Shown: positions 31,601 through 41,020 of the stretch, piece by piece | Layout: each line of letters begins with the position of its first letter | How positions within the stretch are numbered: position 1 is the stretch's first letter | DNA from: Eledone cirrhosa | Lineage: Eukaryota | Assembly: GCA_964016885.1 (NCBI GenBank) | Contig: OZ024743.1 | Location: forward strand, 222,084,001-222,148,000 | Direction of reading: 5' to 3' | Length of the DNA stretch: 64,000 nucleotides | Translations under genes and position numbers: made by a program | Notes under the pieces: generated by a model | Told to the model about the DNA's origin: nothing | What the model saw: the letters and a program-made list of their open reading frames with translations, nothing else | The model's database searches: none

Positions 31601-32095
31601 CTGGCCTGGCAGTGCTACCGAGGAGCCTTGCCAGTTCGGGATAAACTCTACAGGCATGGAGGTGCCGTCAGCCGGGCATGTCCGAGATGCGCGCAGGGCG
31701 ACGAAACCGTCCTGCACGCACTCGTCCAGTGTCCGAAAATTGCTGACTTGTGGGTTTATGTCGAACACCTGCTGTCGCGTTTAGGACGGATCCAGCTATC
31801 ATCTGAGTCTATCGTGAGGATTGCCCCGCCCTCCTCCTTTAGCCGGGAAGGGCAGGCAGTTTTTATCTGTCTGGTGGCCATGGCGAAAGAGATAGTATGG
31901 TGGACACGTTTGAAAGGGCTGAAGACGAGCACTTACCTCTTCGGTGATGCTCTGATTGACTTTTTCAAATTTCATTTGAAAAGGAAAATCAGAGTAGAGA
32001 AGGAAGTGCTCTCTTCCCAGCATTTTGTTGAAAGATGGGTGAGAGAAGCAAGAATGGCCCGAGTGAATGGGCCGACTCTGAGTATATATCTGTAA
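28676..32095 (+). CDS. ORF2 APE-RT-zinc finger (1139 aa)
   Basis: Intact, all motifs present. Confidence 0.96.
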   Translation: MTSLRIGSINARGLGSSWKQGHLLNDLRSLNIDVVAISETRISEARAFAPIFGGYDVYASPSRPGSGGGVAVLFRRGLDLAIRAIFLDPEGKLVVLDVTSGDGQAFRLVAVYAPTGAGRPDFFRRLETFLGTSRSLVLVGDWNGILDARWDCVGLADRGGGCKSLTNLLRRFELSDRYRLDFPNVPMWTWTNRIGSSRSYLDRVFCREIDRSSIGCPQFKIVSYTDHKFVTCVLDLDRLHRRGPGYWKLNASLPARKAYRDRISELVKRALTGAIVNNKWWFALKRAIRIESIRFSKALAIEKNRAEGELVRKLDEALSKGIATDVLAAKLALDQFFNAKHEGCVVRARVSALRHEGTKAVQWARVAEARRGNKATIRSLVDHDGRMLLDPGQMCEAFQRHFAQLFGGSGGPGRGMDFSVYLDGLPRLSATEAKCCEKPITAAEVREAMTGCTRGKSPGLDGLPYELYVQMPDLFGGLLADVYCNWQQNGRIPSSVSRGAVALLRKDPNKGDNIDNFRPITLLNTEFKILAKVLAKRLALVVGGLVGEAQTCAIPDRSIHDNLHLMRYIVERVAREPGTGGSLINLDQSKAFDRVDHRYLAAVLRAAGFGPVFRGWIAAMHSDICSVVRVNGHLSEPFNIMRSVRQGCPLSSLLYVLTLEPLLHKLETLRGVPRELGCGRSVSAYADDVTVVVSNAKHIEAIGTTLREYEAVTGAMINQEKSVGLQLGTWRGRSMPSNSVVGRWTDGPVKLLGVWFGPDLQTDKNWDEVTSRVASLTQKWAERKLSLKGRAEVANAYIASVICYRLTVVPCPKPRLTALERLLFRFLWKGRAPMVRRSICCQHPLRGGLGMPWLMMRRHALRLRHLHLFLDGDQVWSPFARRVFPQLVSLTELQSWVKRRPRGSAWRLECLQALTALDQSGNVIGGNSTSAFYRGLVEGKSDDVLGETLGVDENQLANLFGRTFGPGPMDNFQKSLAWQCYRGALPVRDKLYRHGGAVSRACPRCAQGDETVLHALVQCPKIADLWVYVEHLLSRLGRIQLSSESIVRIAPPSSFSREGQAVFICLVAMAKEIVWWTRLKGLKTSTYLFGDALIDFFKFHLKRKIRVEKEVLSSQHFVERWVREARMARVNGPTLSIYL

Positions 32096-32589
32096 ACTAA
32101 AGGTGGAAAACTGGGAGAGGGCACTTGCCTTGGTGGTCAGGGTCATTGTGGCTTTTTACTGGGCTTTCTCCACAAATGTCCCTCCGAAGTCTCCCCCCTA
32201 TTGGGGAATTTTTCATTGTTATTTTCATTGTTATTTTTGTTACATCCTCTGTTTTTGTTTTTTTTACACGCAGAAATGCCCATTTGTACCGTCCTGCATT
32301 GTCCTGCACTGTCCTTAATGTCTACTTTATGTAAACCCTTGTGGTTAATAAAGAAATCATTATTATTATTATTATTGAATGCCATGGTTGACGGAGGCTC
32401 GGCTCTGTAAGGTATAGTAGTTTTTAACCGTTAAAACAATTGTAAATTGTTTAAAACTTGAACCAAATTGTTGATAAAGACACCCTCCTCCTCGTGAGAG
32501 GGGTCTTTCTGTCCGTTATTTGGCCCTTCGGGGTTGAATAACCAGTTATTGGGGTTTTGTACCCAAAATTTCATTTTAAACAAAAAAAC

Positions 32590-34686
32590 ATGGCTACCAA
32601 AAAGAAATTTCATACGTCACTCCCACTCATTCCGTCTTCTTCTTCCTCAATCATCACTACAGCAGAGAGAAGATTGTCTCTCTCCCTCCCTTCTTTAAAT
32701 GTGTCTCTCTCCCTCCCTTCTCTTTCGCAAGTGACGAAAGAAAAGAAAAGTCTCGTGCAAAGCGTGCAAGGTTTCTCCACGACGACGACGACAGCGACGA
32801 AACAGGTGTGCGGGAAATACGAAAACCCAGTTCATTCGTCTGACGTCAGGAATAATAGCAGTAGCAGCCGTAATAACAACAGCAACAGTGACAATGAAAA
32901 CAACAGTAGCAGCCGCAACAGCATCACCAGCAGCATAAACAACAACAGCATTAGCAGCAGCAACACCAACAACAACCACAGCAACAGCGGCGGAGGCAGT
33001 AGTCGTAGTACCTGCAGCAACAACAAAAGTACCAGCAGCTCTGACGACAACAACAACAGCAGAGAAAAACCAATCTCATTTGCAGGTATTGCGAAAAATT
33101 TGGAAACAATCCTCATAACAAATGAGGAATTAGAGGAAGCGAAGAAGATGGTGACAAAGAACGGACACCGAGCAATCTGCAAGGCAGCGAAAAATTTTTT
33201 CGAAACCCAAGAGCACTGTACGGTCACGTACCGTACAGTAAGTACAAAATCCCGTAGGGTGGAAAGAGCCACAGAGGCCCAAATACAAAAAGCCTTGGGG
33301 TCTGTGTGACAGCGGAAAACGCACATCACCCGAGGCAAAAAATATGCCACCGTAGACGTACTTTTTGCCACACCCCAGGAGGCAAAGGCCCAATCAGTAG
33401 TGACCCTAAGGAGCGAGGAAATGGTGTTGGTGCCCTCCTACTGTGGGCAAAAAATTGTGAGGGTCAAACTGACCCACGTCCCCCCCGGAATGACCCCTTC
33501 TTGGCTGGCCGCGTCTGTCCTCGTCGGAATCGAGGACAAAACAACTGTACTGCAAGTACAGAAAAAAGTAAGAGAAGATTGGGTCGGCTCCTCCATTGAG
33601 ATGCTAATCCAAACCAACCAGGAGTGCATCGAAGCTATCCCGGATGTGATAGACTTCGATAACGGCACTCAACTGCCCATAAGTGTTGAGGGCAAACGCC
33701 CGAAATGCTTTCGCTGTGGATCGAAGACTCACCTCAGGGCCTTCTGCAACGAGAAGACCCTGAGAAAGGAGAAAACCCCCCTCCTTCCGAATCCGGCTCC
33801 ACGGCTACCAGCAACAGGACAAGCGGCAACCAGGAACGATAGGCCCGTGGCACCCATACCCACTCCACGGAAATCAAAAACAGCAGCAGCAGTGGAAATA
33901 CTAACAACAACAACAGCAATACCAAATGCAGCTGCAACAGAGACTCCAGTGCAAACATCACCAACAACAACAAGTGAAAGAGTGGAGTTGGTACCCCTCC
34001 CCGACCTCACAGAATCAGACATGGAGTGTGAGGTGGGAGAGAGATGGCAAAAGGTCGTAAGAAGGCACAAACGCAGAAGCAGCGCATCGTCGCCTTTGAA
34101 AAGTGAGGAAAGAAATGAGAAAAGGGTAAAGTCTACTGCAAAGAGACCCACAGCAGCAACAACACCAACACCATCACCACCCACACTAGCGCCACCATCA
34201 CCACCGGCGACAACCCCACCGCCAACAACACCTTCAACACCACCACCACAAGCACCAACATCGCAAACACAACAACAAAACACACACACCCAGCAACAAC
34301 GACAAGAAAATAGCAGAACCACACCCCACCCCCGGAAAAACAAATGCACGGCAATAAATACACACAACAAGAAACTAATGACTTACATAATTGAACACAC
34401 AGACATTTCACAACAGGACTACATAATACCAGCACCAATCAAAACGCCAACTAACATAAGACTGCTAAAAATAGCACAGAAACAATACACAAATATTAAA
34501 ACGAAATTCCCCAACGCAGTTGGTGATTTCAGGGACCTAGGAGGAACCATCAATCGAAGAGTATACTCAGACATTCTCTTAGAAGAGCCGACGACCAGCC
34601 GAAGGGACGATTCAACGGTCCCTTCACCAGACGATCAAGTGAAAAGGGATGTAAAAACCATCCCTCCTCTACCAAAAGTACGGTAA
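32590..34686 (+). pseudogene. ORF1 with premature stop
   Basis: TGG->TGA at 33307-33309; otherwise colinear with intact copies. Confidence 0.88.
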
Positions 34687-34721
34687 GTGGTCTTTCCCAT
34701 CTTTTCCACTCTATTTTAAAC

Positions 34722-37700
34722 ATGACCTCACTCAGAATAGGCAGCATAAATGCGCGTGGCTTGGGGTCGTCATGGAAGCAGGGTCACCTGCTCAACGACC
34801 TCAGGTCACTAAACATAGATGTAGTGGCCATCAGCGAGACCAGAATCTCCGAAGCACGGGCCTTCGCACCGATCTTCGGCGGCTTCGATGTGTACGCATC
34901 TCCCAGCCGTCCTGGATCCGGTGGAGGAGTTGCTGTGCTTTTTCGGAGAGGTTTGGATCTCGCCATACGGGCCATCTTCCTGGACCCAGAGGGTAAGCTG
35001 GTGGTGCTGGACGTGACCAGCGGAGACGGGCAAGCTTTCAGGCTAGTGGCCGTCTATGCCCCGACAGGAGCAGGGCGGCCTGATTTCTTCCGGCGTCTGG
35101 AGACCTTTCTTGGAACGTCCCGCTCTTTAGTGTTAGTGGGCGACTGGAACGGGATCTTAGATGCACGCTGGGACTGTGTGGGATTAGCGGATAGGGGTGG
35201 AGGGTGCAAGAGCCTCACCAACCTGCTCAGGCGTTTTGAACTGTCTGACAGGTACCGATTGGATTTCCCGAATGTGCCAATGTGGACTTGGACAAACCGC
35301 ATAGGGTCATCCAGATCATATCTAGATAGAGTATTTTGTAGGGAAATAGATAGGTCTAGCATAGGCTGTCCACAATTCAAGATAGTCAGCTACACGGACC
35401 ACAAATTCGTGATCTGTGTGCTTGACTTAGATAGGCTTCATAGACGAGGACCCGGCTACTGGAAGCTAAACGCGTCCTTACCAGCGCGCAAGGCCTACAG
35501 AGACCGGATTAGCGAACTAGTTAAGCGGGCGTTGACGGGGGCCATCGTCAACAACAAGTGGTGGTTTGCTCTGAAAAGAGCGATTAGAATAGAATCGATT
35601 AGGTTTAGTAAGGCTTTAGCAATAGAGAAAAATAGAGCAGAGGGAGAACTAGTTAGAAAATTAGACGAGGCGCTTAGCAAAGGCATTGCGACCGACGTGC
35701 TTGCGGCGAAATTGGCCCTTGACCAATTCTTCAATGCAAAGCACGAAGGCTGCGTTGTCAGAGCTAGGGTGCGTGCTCTCAGACACGAGGGGACGAAAGC
35801 CGTTCAATGGGCCCGAGTGGCGGAGGCGCGTCGTGGCAACAAAGCCACGATCCGGTCTTTGGTGGACCACGACGGGCGCATGCTACTCGATCCCGGGCAA
35901 ATGTGTGAAGCTTTTCAGCGACACTTCGCTCAGCTGTTCGGGGGCAGCGGGGGGCCTGGTAGAGGGATGGACTTTAGTGTCTACCTCGACGGACTGCCGC
36001 GGCTCTCGGCCACTGAGGCGAAGTGTTGCGAAAAGCCGATAACAGCCGCTGAAGTACGGGAGGCAATGACTGGCTGCACAAGGGGTAAATCGCCTGGTTT
36101 GGATGGTCTGCCCTATGAACTTTACGTACAGATGCCAGACTTGTTCGGAGGCCTCTTGGCGGACGTCTACTGCAACTGGCAACAGAACGGGAGAATTCCC
36201 AGTTCTGTGAGCCGAGGAGCGGTGGCACTGCTGAGAAAGGATCCGAACAAGGGGGATAACATAGACAATTTCCGGCCCATAACTCTGCTAAACACAGAGT
36301 TTAAGATTTTGGCCAAGGTGCTAGCAAAGAGGTTGGCGCTTGTCGTTGGTGGTCTGGTGGGAGAGGCGCAGACATGCGCCATTCCCGACAGATCCATCCA
36401 CGACAACCTCCACCTCATGCGATACATCGTAGAGAGGGTAGCTAGGGAACCTGGCACGGGTGGGTCCTTGATCAATTTAGATCAGTCGAAAGCTTTCGAT
36501 AGGGTCGACCATCGTTACCTAGCGGCAGTCCTGAGGGCGGCTGGCTTTGGGCCCGTCTTCAGAGGCTGGATCGCTGCCATGCACAGCGACATCTGCTCTG
36601 TGGTGAGAGTGAACGGTCACCTGTCGGAACCGTTCAACATCATGCGCTCGGTCCGCCAAGGATGTCCCCTCTCGTCCCTCTTGTACGTATTGACTCTCGA
36701 GCCATTACTGCACAAACTGGAGACGTTGAGGGGAGTCCCGCGCGAACTAGGATGCGGAAGATCCGTGTCAACATATGCGGACGATGTCACCGTAGTGGTG
36801 TCGAACGCCAAACACATCGAGGCGATCGGCACTACACTAAGAGAATACGAAGCGGTGACAGGAGCAATGATCAACCAGGAAAAGTCAGTGGGCCTGCAGC
36901 TCGGCACCTGGAGAGGCAGGTCCATGCCGTCCAACAGCGTCGTCGGGCGCTGGACGGACGGACCGGTTAAATTGCTAGGGGTCTGGTTCGGTCCGGACCT
37001 CCAGACGGACAAAAACTGGGACGAGGTGACGAGCAGGGTGGCTTCTCTCACCCAGAAATGGGCGGAGAGGAAGCTATCCCTGAAAGGTCGAGCGGAGGTG
37101 GCTAACGCGTACATCGCGTCTGTCATCTGCTACCGCCTAACCGTCGTACCTTGTCCTAAGCCTCGCCTGACTGCGCTGGAGCGTTTGCTCTTTCGCTTTT
37201 TGTGGAAGGGACGTGCTCCGATGGTCAGGCGGTCCATCTGTTGTCAACACCCGCTACGTGGAGGGCTGGGCATGCCGTGGCTGATGATGCGCAGGCACGC
37301 GCTCAGGCTACGACATCTCCACCTCTTCCTCGACGGTGATCAGGTGTGGTCGCCGTTTGCTAGACGCGTTTTTCCCCAGCTCGTTTCCTTGACGGAGCTG
37401 CAGTCCTGGGTCAAGCGAAGACCGAGAGGGAGCGCCTGGAGACTGGAATGTCTTCAGGCGCTCACAGCCCTCGACCAATCGGGCAATGTGATCGGTGGAA
37501 ACTCCACCTCGGCGTTCTATAGAGGATTAGTGGAGGGGAAGAGCGACGACGTACTTGGGGAAACTCTAGGCGTCGACGAAAATCAACTAGCCAATCTCTT
37601 CGGAAGAACTTTCGGGCCGGGGCCTATGGACAACTTCCAGAAATCTCTGGCCTGGCAGTGCTACCGAGGAGCCTTGCCAGTTCGGGATAAACTCTACAGG

Positions 37701-38141
37701 CATGGAGGTGCCGTCAGCCGGGCATGTCCGAGATGCGCGCAGGGCGACGAAACCGTCCTGCACGCACTCGTCCAGTGTCCGAAAATTGCTGACTTGTGGG
37801 TTTATGTCGAACACCTGCTGTCGCGTTTAGGACGGATCCAGCTATCATCTGAGTCTATCGTGAGGATTGCCCCGCCCTCCTCCTTTAGCCGGGAAGGGCA
37901 GGCAGTTTTTATCTGTCTGGTGGCCATGGCGAAAGAGATAGTATGGTGGACACGTTTGAAAGGGCTGAAGACGAGCACTTACCTCTTCGGTGATGCTCTG
38001 ATTGCCTTTTTCAAATTTCATTTGAAAAGGAAAATCAGAGTAGAGAAGGAAGTGCTCTCTTCCCAGCATTTTGTTGAAAGATGGGTGAGAGAAGCAAGAA
38101 TGGCCCGAGTGAATGGGCCGACTCTGAGTATATATCTGTAA
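34722..38141 (+). CDS. ORF2 APE-RT-zinc finger (1139 aa)
   Basis: Intact; reads TYADD at the catalytic motif. Confidence 0.96.
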   Translation: MTSLRIGSINARGLGSSWKQGHLLNDLRSLNIDVVAISETRISEARAFAPIFGGFDVYASPSRPGSGGGVAVLFRRGLDLAIRAIFLDPEGKLVVLDVTSGDGQAFRLVAVYAPTGAGRPDFFRRLETFLGTSRSLVLVGDWNGILDARWDCVGLADRGGGCKSLTNLLRRFELSDRYRLDFPNVPMWTWTNRIGSSRSYLDRVFCREIDRSSIGCPQFKIVSYTDHKFVICVLDLDRLHRRGPGYWKLNASLPARKAYRDRISELVKRALTGAIVNNKWWFALKRAIRIESIRFSKALAIEKNRAEGELVRKLDEALSKGIATDVLAAKLALDQFFNAKHEGCVVRARVRALRHEGTKAVQWARVAEARRGNKATIRSLVDHDGRMLLDPGQMCEAFQRHFAQLFGGSGGPGRGMDFSVYLDGLPRLSATEAKCCEKPITAAEVREAMTGCTRGKSPGLDGLPYELYVQMPDLFGGLLADVYCNWQQNGRIPSSVSRGAVALLRKDPNKGDNIDNFRPITLLNTEFKILAKVLAKRLALVVGGLVGEAQTCAIPDRSIHDNLHLMRYIVERVAREPGTGGSLINLDQSKAFDRVDHRYLAAVLRAAGFGPVFRGWIAAMHSDICSVVRVNGHLSEPFNIMRSVRQGCPLSSLLYVLTLEPLLHKLETLRGVPRELGCGRSVSTYADDVTVVVSNAKHIEAIGTTLREYEAVTGAMINQEKSVGLQLGTWRGRSMPSNSVVGRWTDGPVKLLGVWFGPDLQTDKNWDEVTSRVASLTQKWAERKLSLKGRAEVANAYIASVICYRLTVVPCPKPRLTALERLLFRFLWKGRAPMVRRSICCQHPLRGGLGMPWLMMRRHALRLRHLHLFLDGDQVWSPFARRVFPQLVSLTELQSWVKRRPRGSAWRLECLQALTALDQSGNVIGGNSTSAFYRGLVEGKSDDVLGETLGVDENQLANLFGRTFGPGPMDNFQKSLAWQCYRGALPVRDKLYRHGGAVSRACPRCAQGDETVLHALVQCPKIADLWVYVEHLLSRLGRIQLSSESIVRIAPPSSFSREGQAVFICLVAMAKEIVWWTRLKGLKTSTYLFGDALIAFFKFHLKRKIRVEKEVLSSQHFVERWVREARMARVNGPTLSIYL

Positions 38142-38401
38142 ACTAAAGGTGGAAAACTGGGAGAGGGCACTTGCCTTGGTGGTCAGGGTCATTGTGGCTT
38201 TTTACTGGGCTTTCTCCACAAATGTCCCTCCGAAGTCTCCCCCCTATTGGGGAATTTTTCATTGTTATTTTCATTGTTATTTTTGTTACATCCTCTGTTT
38301 TTGTTTTTTTACACGCAGAAATGCCCATTTGTACCGTCCTGCATTGTCCTGCACTGTCCTTAATGTCTACTTTATGTAAACCCTTGTGGTTAATAAAGAA
38401 A

Positions 38402-38451
<50 letters not shown>

Positions 38452-38628
38452 GAATGTCATGGTTGACGGAGGCTCGGCTCTGTAAGGTATAGTAATTTTT
38501 AACCGCTATAACAATTGTAAATTGTTTAAAACTTTAACCAAATTGTAGATAAAAACACCCTCCTCCTCGTGAGAGGGGTCTTTCTGCCCGTTTTTTTGGC
38601 CCTTCGGGGTTAAATAACCGCTTATTGG

Positions 38629-38791
38629 ACACACTAGACGAGGAAGACCAAGGTTAACGTATGTTGATGCCCTAAGGACAGACACTGGTCTGTTGGAGAC
38701 GCAGGACATGGCAGCGATAATGAGGGACAGAGACCGCTGGAGAGAACTCGTCCATGGATCTCGGGAATTTTACCCGCCTTAGATAGACAGA
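38629..38791 (+). mobile_element. 5'-truncated RTE-clade LINE 3' end inserted in the 5'UTR of copy G
   Basis: Translates HTRRGRPRLTYVDALRTDTGLLETQDMAAIMRDRDRWRELVHGSREFYPP*, an RTE-type GRP...D..DR..WR C-terminus, followed by a short agat/agac tail. Absent from other copies. Confidence 0.75.
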
Positions 38792-38813
38792 TTCATTTTA
38801 AACCAAAAAAAAC

Positions 38814-39187
38814 ATGGCTACAAAAAAGAATTTTCACAAGTCAGTCCCACTCATTCCGTCTTCTTCTTCTTCAATCGTCACTACATCAGAGAGAAGATTG
38901 TCTCTCTCCCTCTCTTCTCTAAATGTGGTGTCGCCTCTTTCGCAAGCGACGCCATTAAAGAAAAAGAAAATATAGTTTCTGATAGCTTTCACCAAGAGCA
39001 CATGCATACCGTGGAACATTTCTCCACGACGACGACAACGACGAAAAATGTGTGCGGTAAATACGGAAAGCCATTTCATTCGTCTGACGTCATGAAGAGT
39101 AGCAGTAGCAGCCGTAATAACAGCAGCAGCAGCAACAGTGACAAGGAAAACACTAGTAGCAGCCGCAACAACATCAGCAGCAGCATA

Positions 39188-39218
<31 letters not shown>

Positions 39219-40986
39219 ACAACACCAGCAGCAACAACAACAACAACAACAACAACCACAGCAACAGCGGCGGCGGCGGTCTTAGTACCAGCAGCAACAA
39301 CAAAAGTAACAGCAACTCTGACGACAACAACAACAACAACAACAACAAGAGAGAAAAACCAATCTCGTTTGCAGGTATCGCAAAGAACCTGGAAACCATC
39401 CTTATAACAAATGAGGAATTACAGGAAGCAAAGGAGGTGGTGACGAAAACCGGACACCGAGCAATCTGCAAGGCAGCCGAAAAAATTTTCGAAACCCAAC
39501 AGCACTGTACGGTCACGTACCGTACAGTAAGCACAAAATCACGTAGGGTTGAAAGAGCCACAGAGGCTCAAATACAAAAAGCCTTAGGGTCTGTGTGGCA
39601 GCAGAAAACGCATATCACCCGAGGCAAGAAATATGCCACCGTGGACGTGCTTTTTGCCACAGCCCAAGAGGCAAAGGCTCAATCCTTAGTGACCCTAGGG
39701 TGCGAGGAAATGGTGTTGGTGCCCTCCTACTGCGGGCAAAAAATTGTGAGGGTCAAACTGACCCACGTCTCCCCCCCCCCCCCCCCCCCACTCCCGGGAT
39801 GACCCCTTCTTGACTAGCCCCGTCTGTCCTCGTCGGAATCGAGGACAAAACAACTGTACTGCAAGTACAGAAAAAAGTACGAGAAGATTGAGTCGGCACC
39901 TCCATTGAGATGTTAATCCAAACCAACCAGGAGTGCATCGAAGCTATCCCGGATGTGATAGACTTCGATAACGGCACTCAACTGCCCATAAGTGTTGAGG
40001 GCAAACGCCCAAAAGGCTTTCGCTGTGGATCGAAAACTCACCTTAGGGCCTTCTGCAATGAGAAGACCCTGAGAAAGGAGAAAACCCCCCTCCTTCCGAA
40101 TCCGGCTCCACTGCTACCAGCCACAGGACAGGCGGCAAGCAGGAAGGATAGGTCCGTGGCACCCATACCCACGCCACGGAAATCAAGAACAGCAGCAGCA
40201 GTGGAAGTATTAACAACAACAACAGTAATACCAACTGCAGCTGCAACAGAGACTCCACTGCAAACATCACCAACAACAACAAGTGAAAGAGTGGAGCTGG
40301 TACCCCTCCCCGACCTCACAGAATCGGACATGGAGTGTGAGGTGGGAGAGGGATGGTAAAATGTCGCAAGAAGGCACAAACGCAGAAGCAGCGCATCGTC
40401 GCCTTCGAAAAGGGAAGAAAGAAAGAAAAAAGGGTAAAGGCTACTGCAAAGAGACTTACAGCAGCAACACCACCCACACCATCACCACCCACACTAGCAC
40501 CACCATCACCACCGGCGGCAACCCCACCGCAAACAACAACAACACCTTCAACACCACCACCACAAGCACCAACATCGCAAACACAACAACAAAACACACA
40601 CACCCTGCAATAACGACAAGAAAATAGCAGAACCACACCCCACCCCCAGAAAAACAAATGCACAGCAATAAATACACACAACAAGAAACTAATGACTTAC
40701 ATAATTGAACGCAGACATTTCACAGCACGACTACATAATACCAGCACCAATCAAATCACCAATGAACATAAGACTGGTAAGAATAGCACAGAAACAATAC
40801 ACAAACATTAAAACGAAATTCCCCAACGCAGTTGGTGATTTCAGAAACCTAGGAGGGACACTCAACCGGAGAGTATATTCGGATATACTCACAGAAGAGC
40901 CGACGACCAGCCGAAGGGACGATTCACCAGACGATCAAGTGAAAAGGGATGGCGAAACCATCCTTCCTCTACGAGAAGAAAGGTAA
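38814..40986 (+). pseudogene. ORF1 of copy G (disrupted)
   Basis: Homologous to ORF1 of A-F; stops at ~39811, ~39888 and ~40357, a poly-C expansion at ~39770-39789, and frameshifts. Confidence 0.88.
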
Positions 40987-41020
40987 GTGGTCTTTCCTAT
41001 CTTTTCCACTCCATTTCAAC

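Larger units (their letters stand above)
26327..32376 (+). mobile_element. Tx1-like copy E, full length, both ORFs open (5'UTR beta)
   Basis: Starts GAATGCTATGG; ends in (ATT)6 at 32359-32376. Confidence 0.95.
32377..38451 (+). mobile_element. Tx1-like copy F, full length (5'UTR alpha)
   Basis: Starts GAATGCCATGG; ends in (ATT)16 at 38404-38451. Confidence 0.95.

Noticed and set aside
1-38451. Array as a pure assembly artefact or simple segmental duplication
   Set aside because: Copies have private variants and different tract lengths, and diverged copies with other 5' ends use the same junction type. Some contribution from unequal crossover remains possible.
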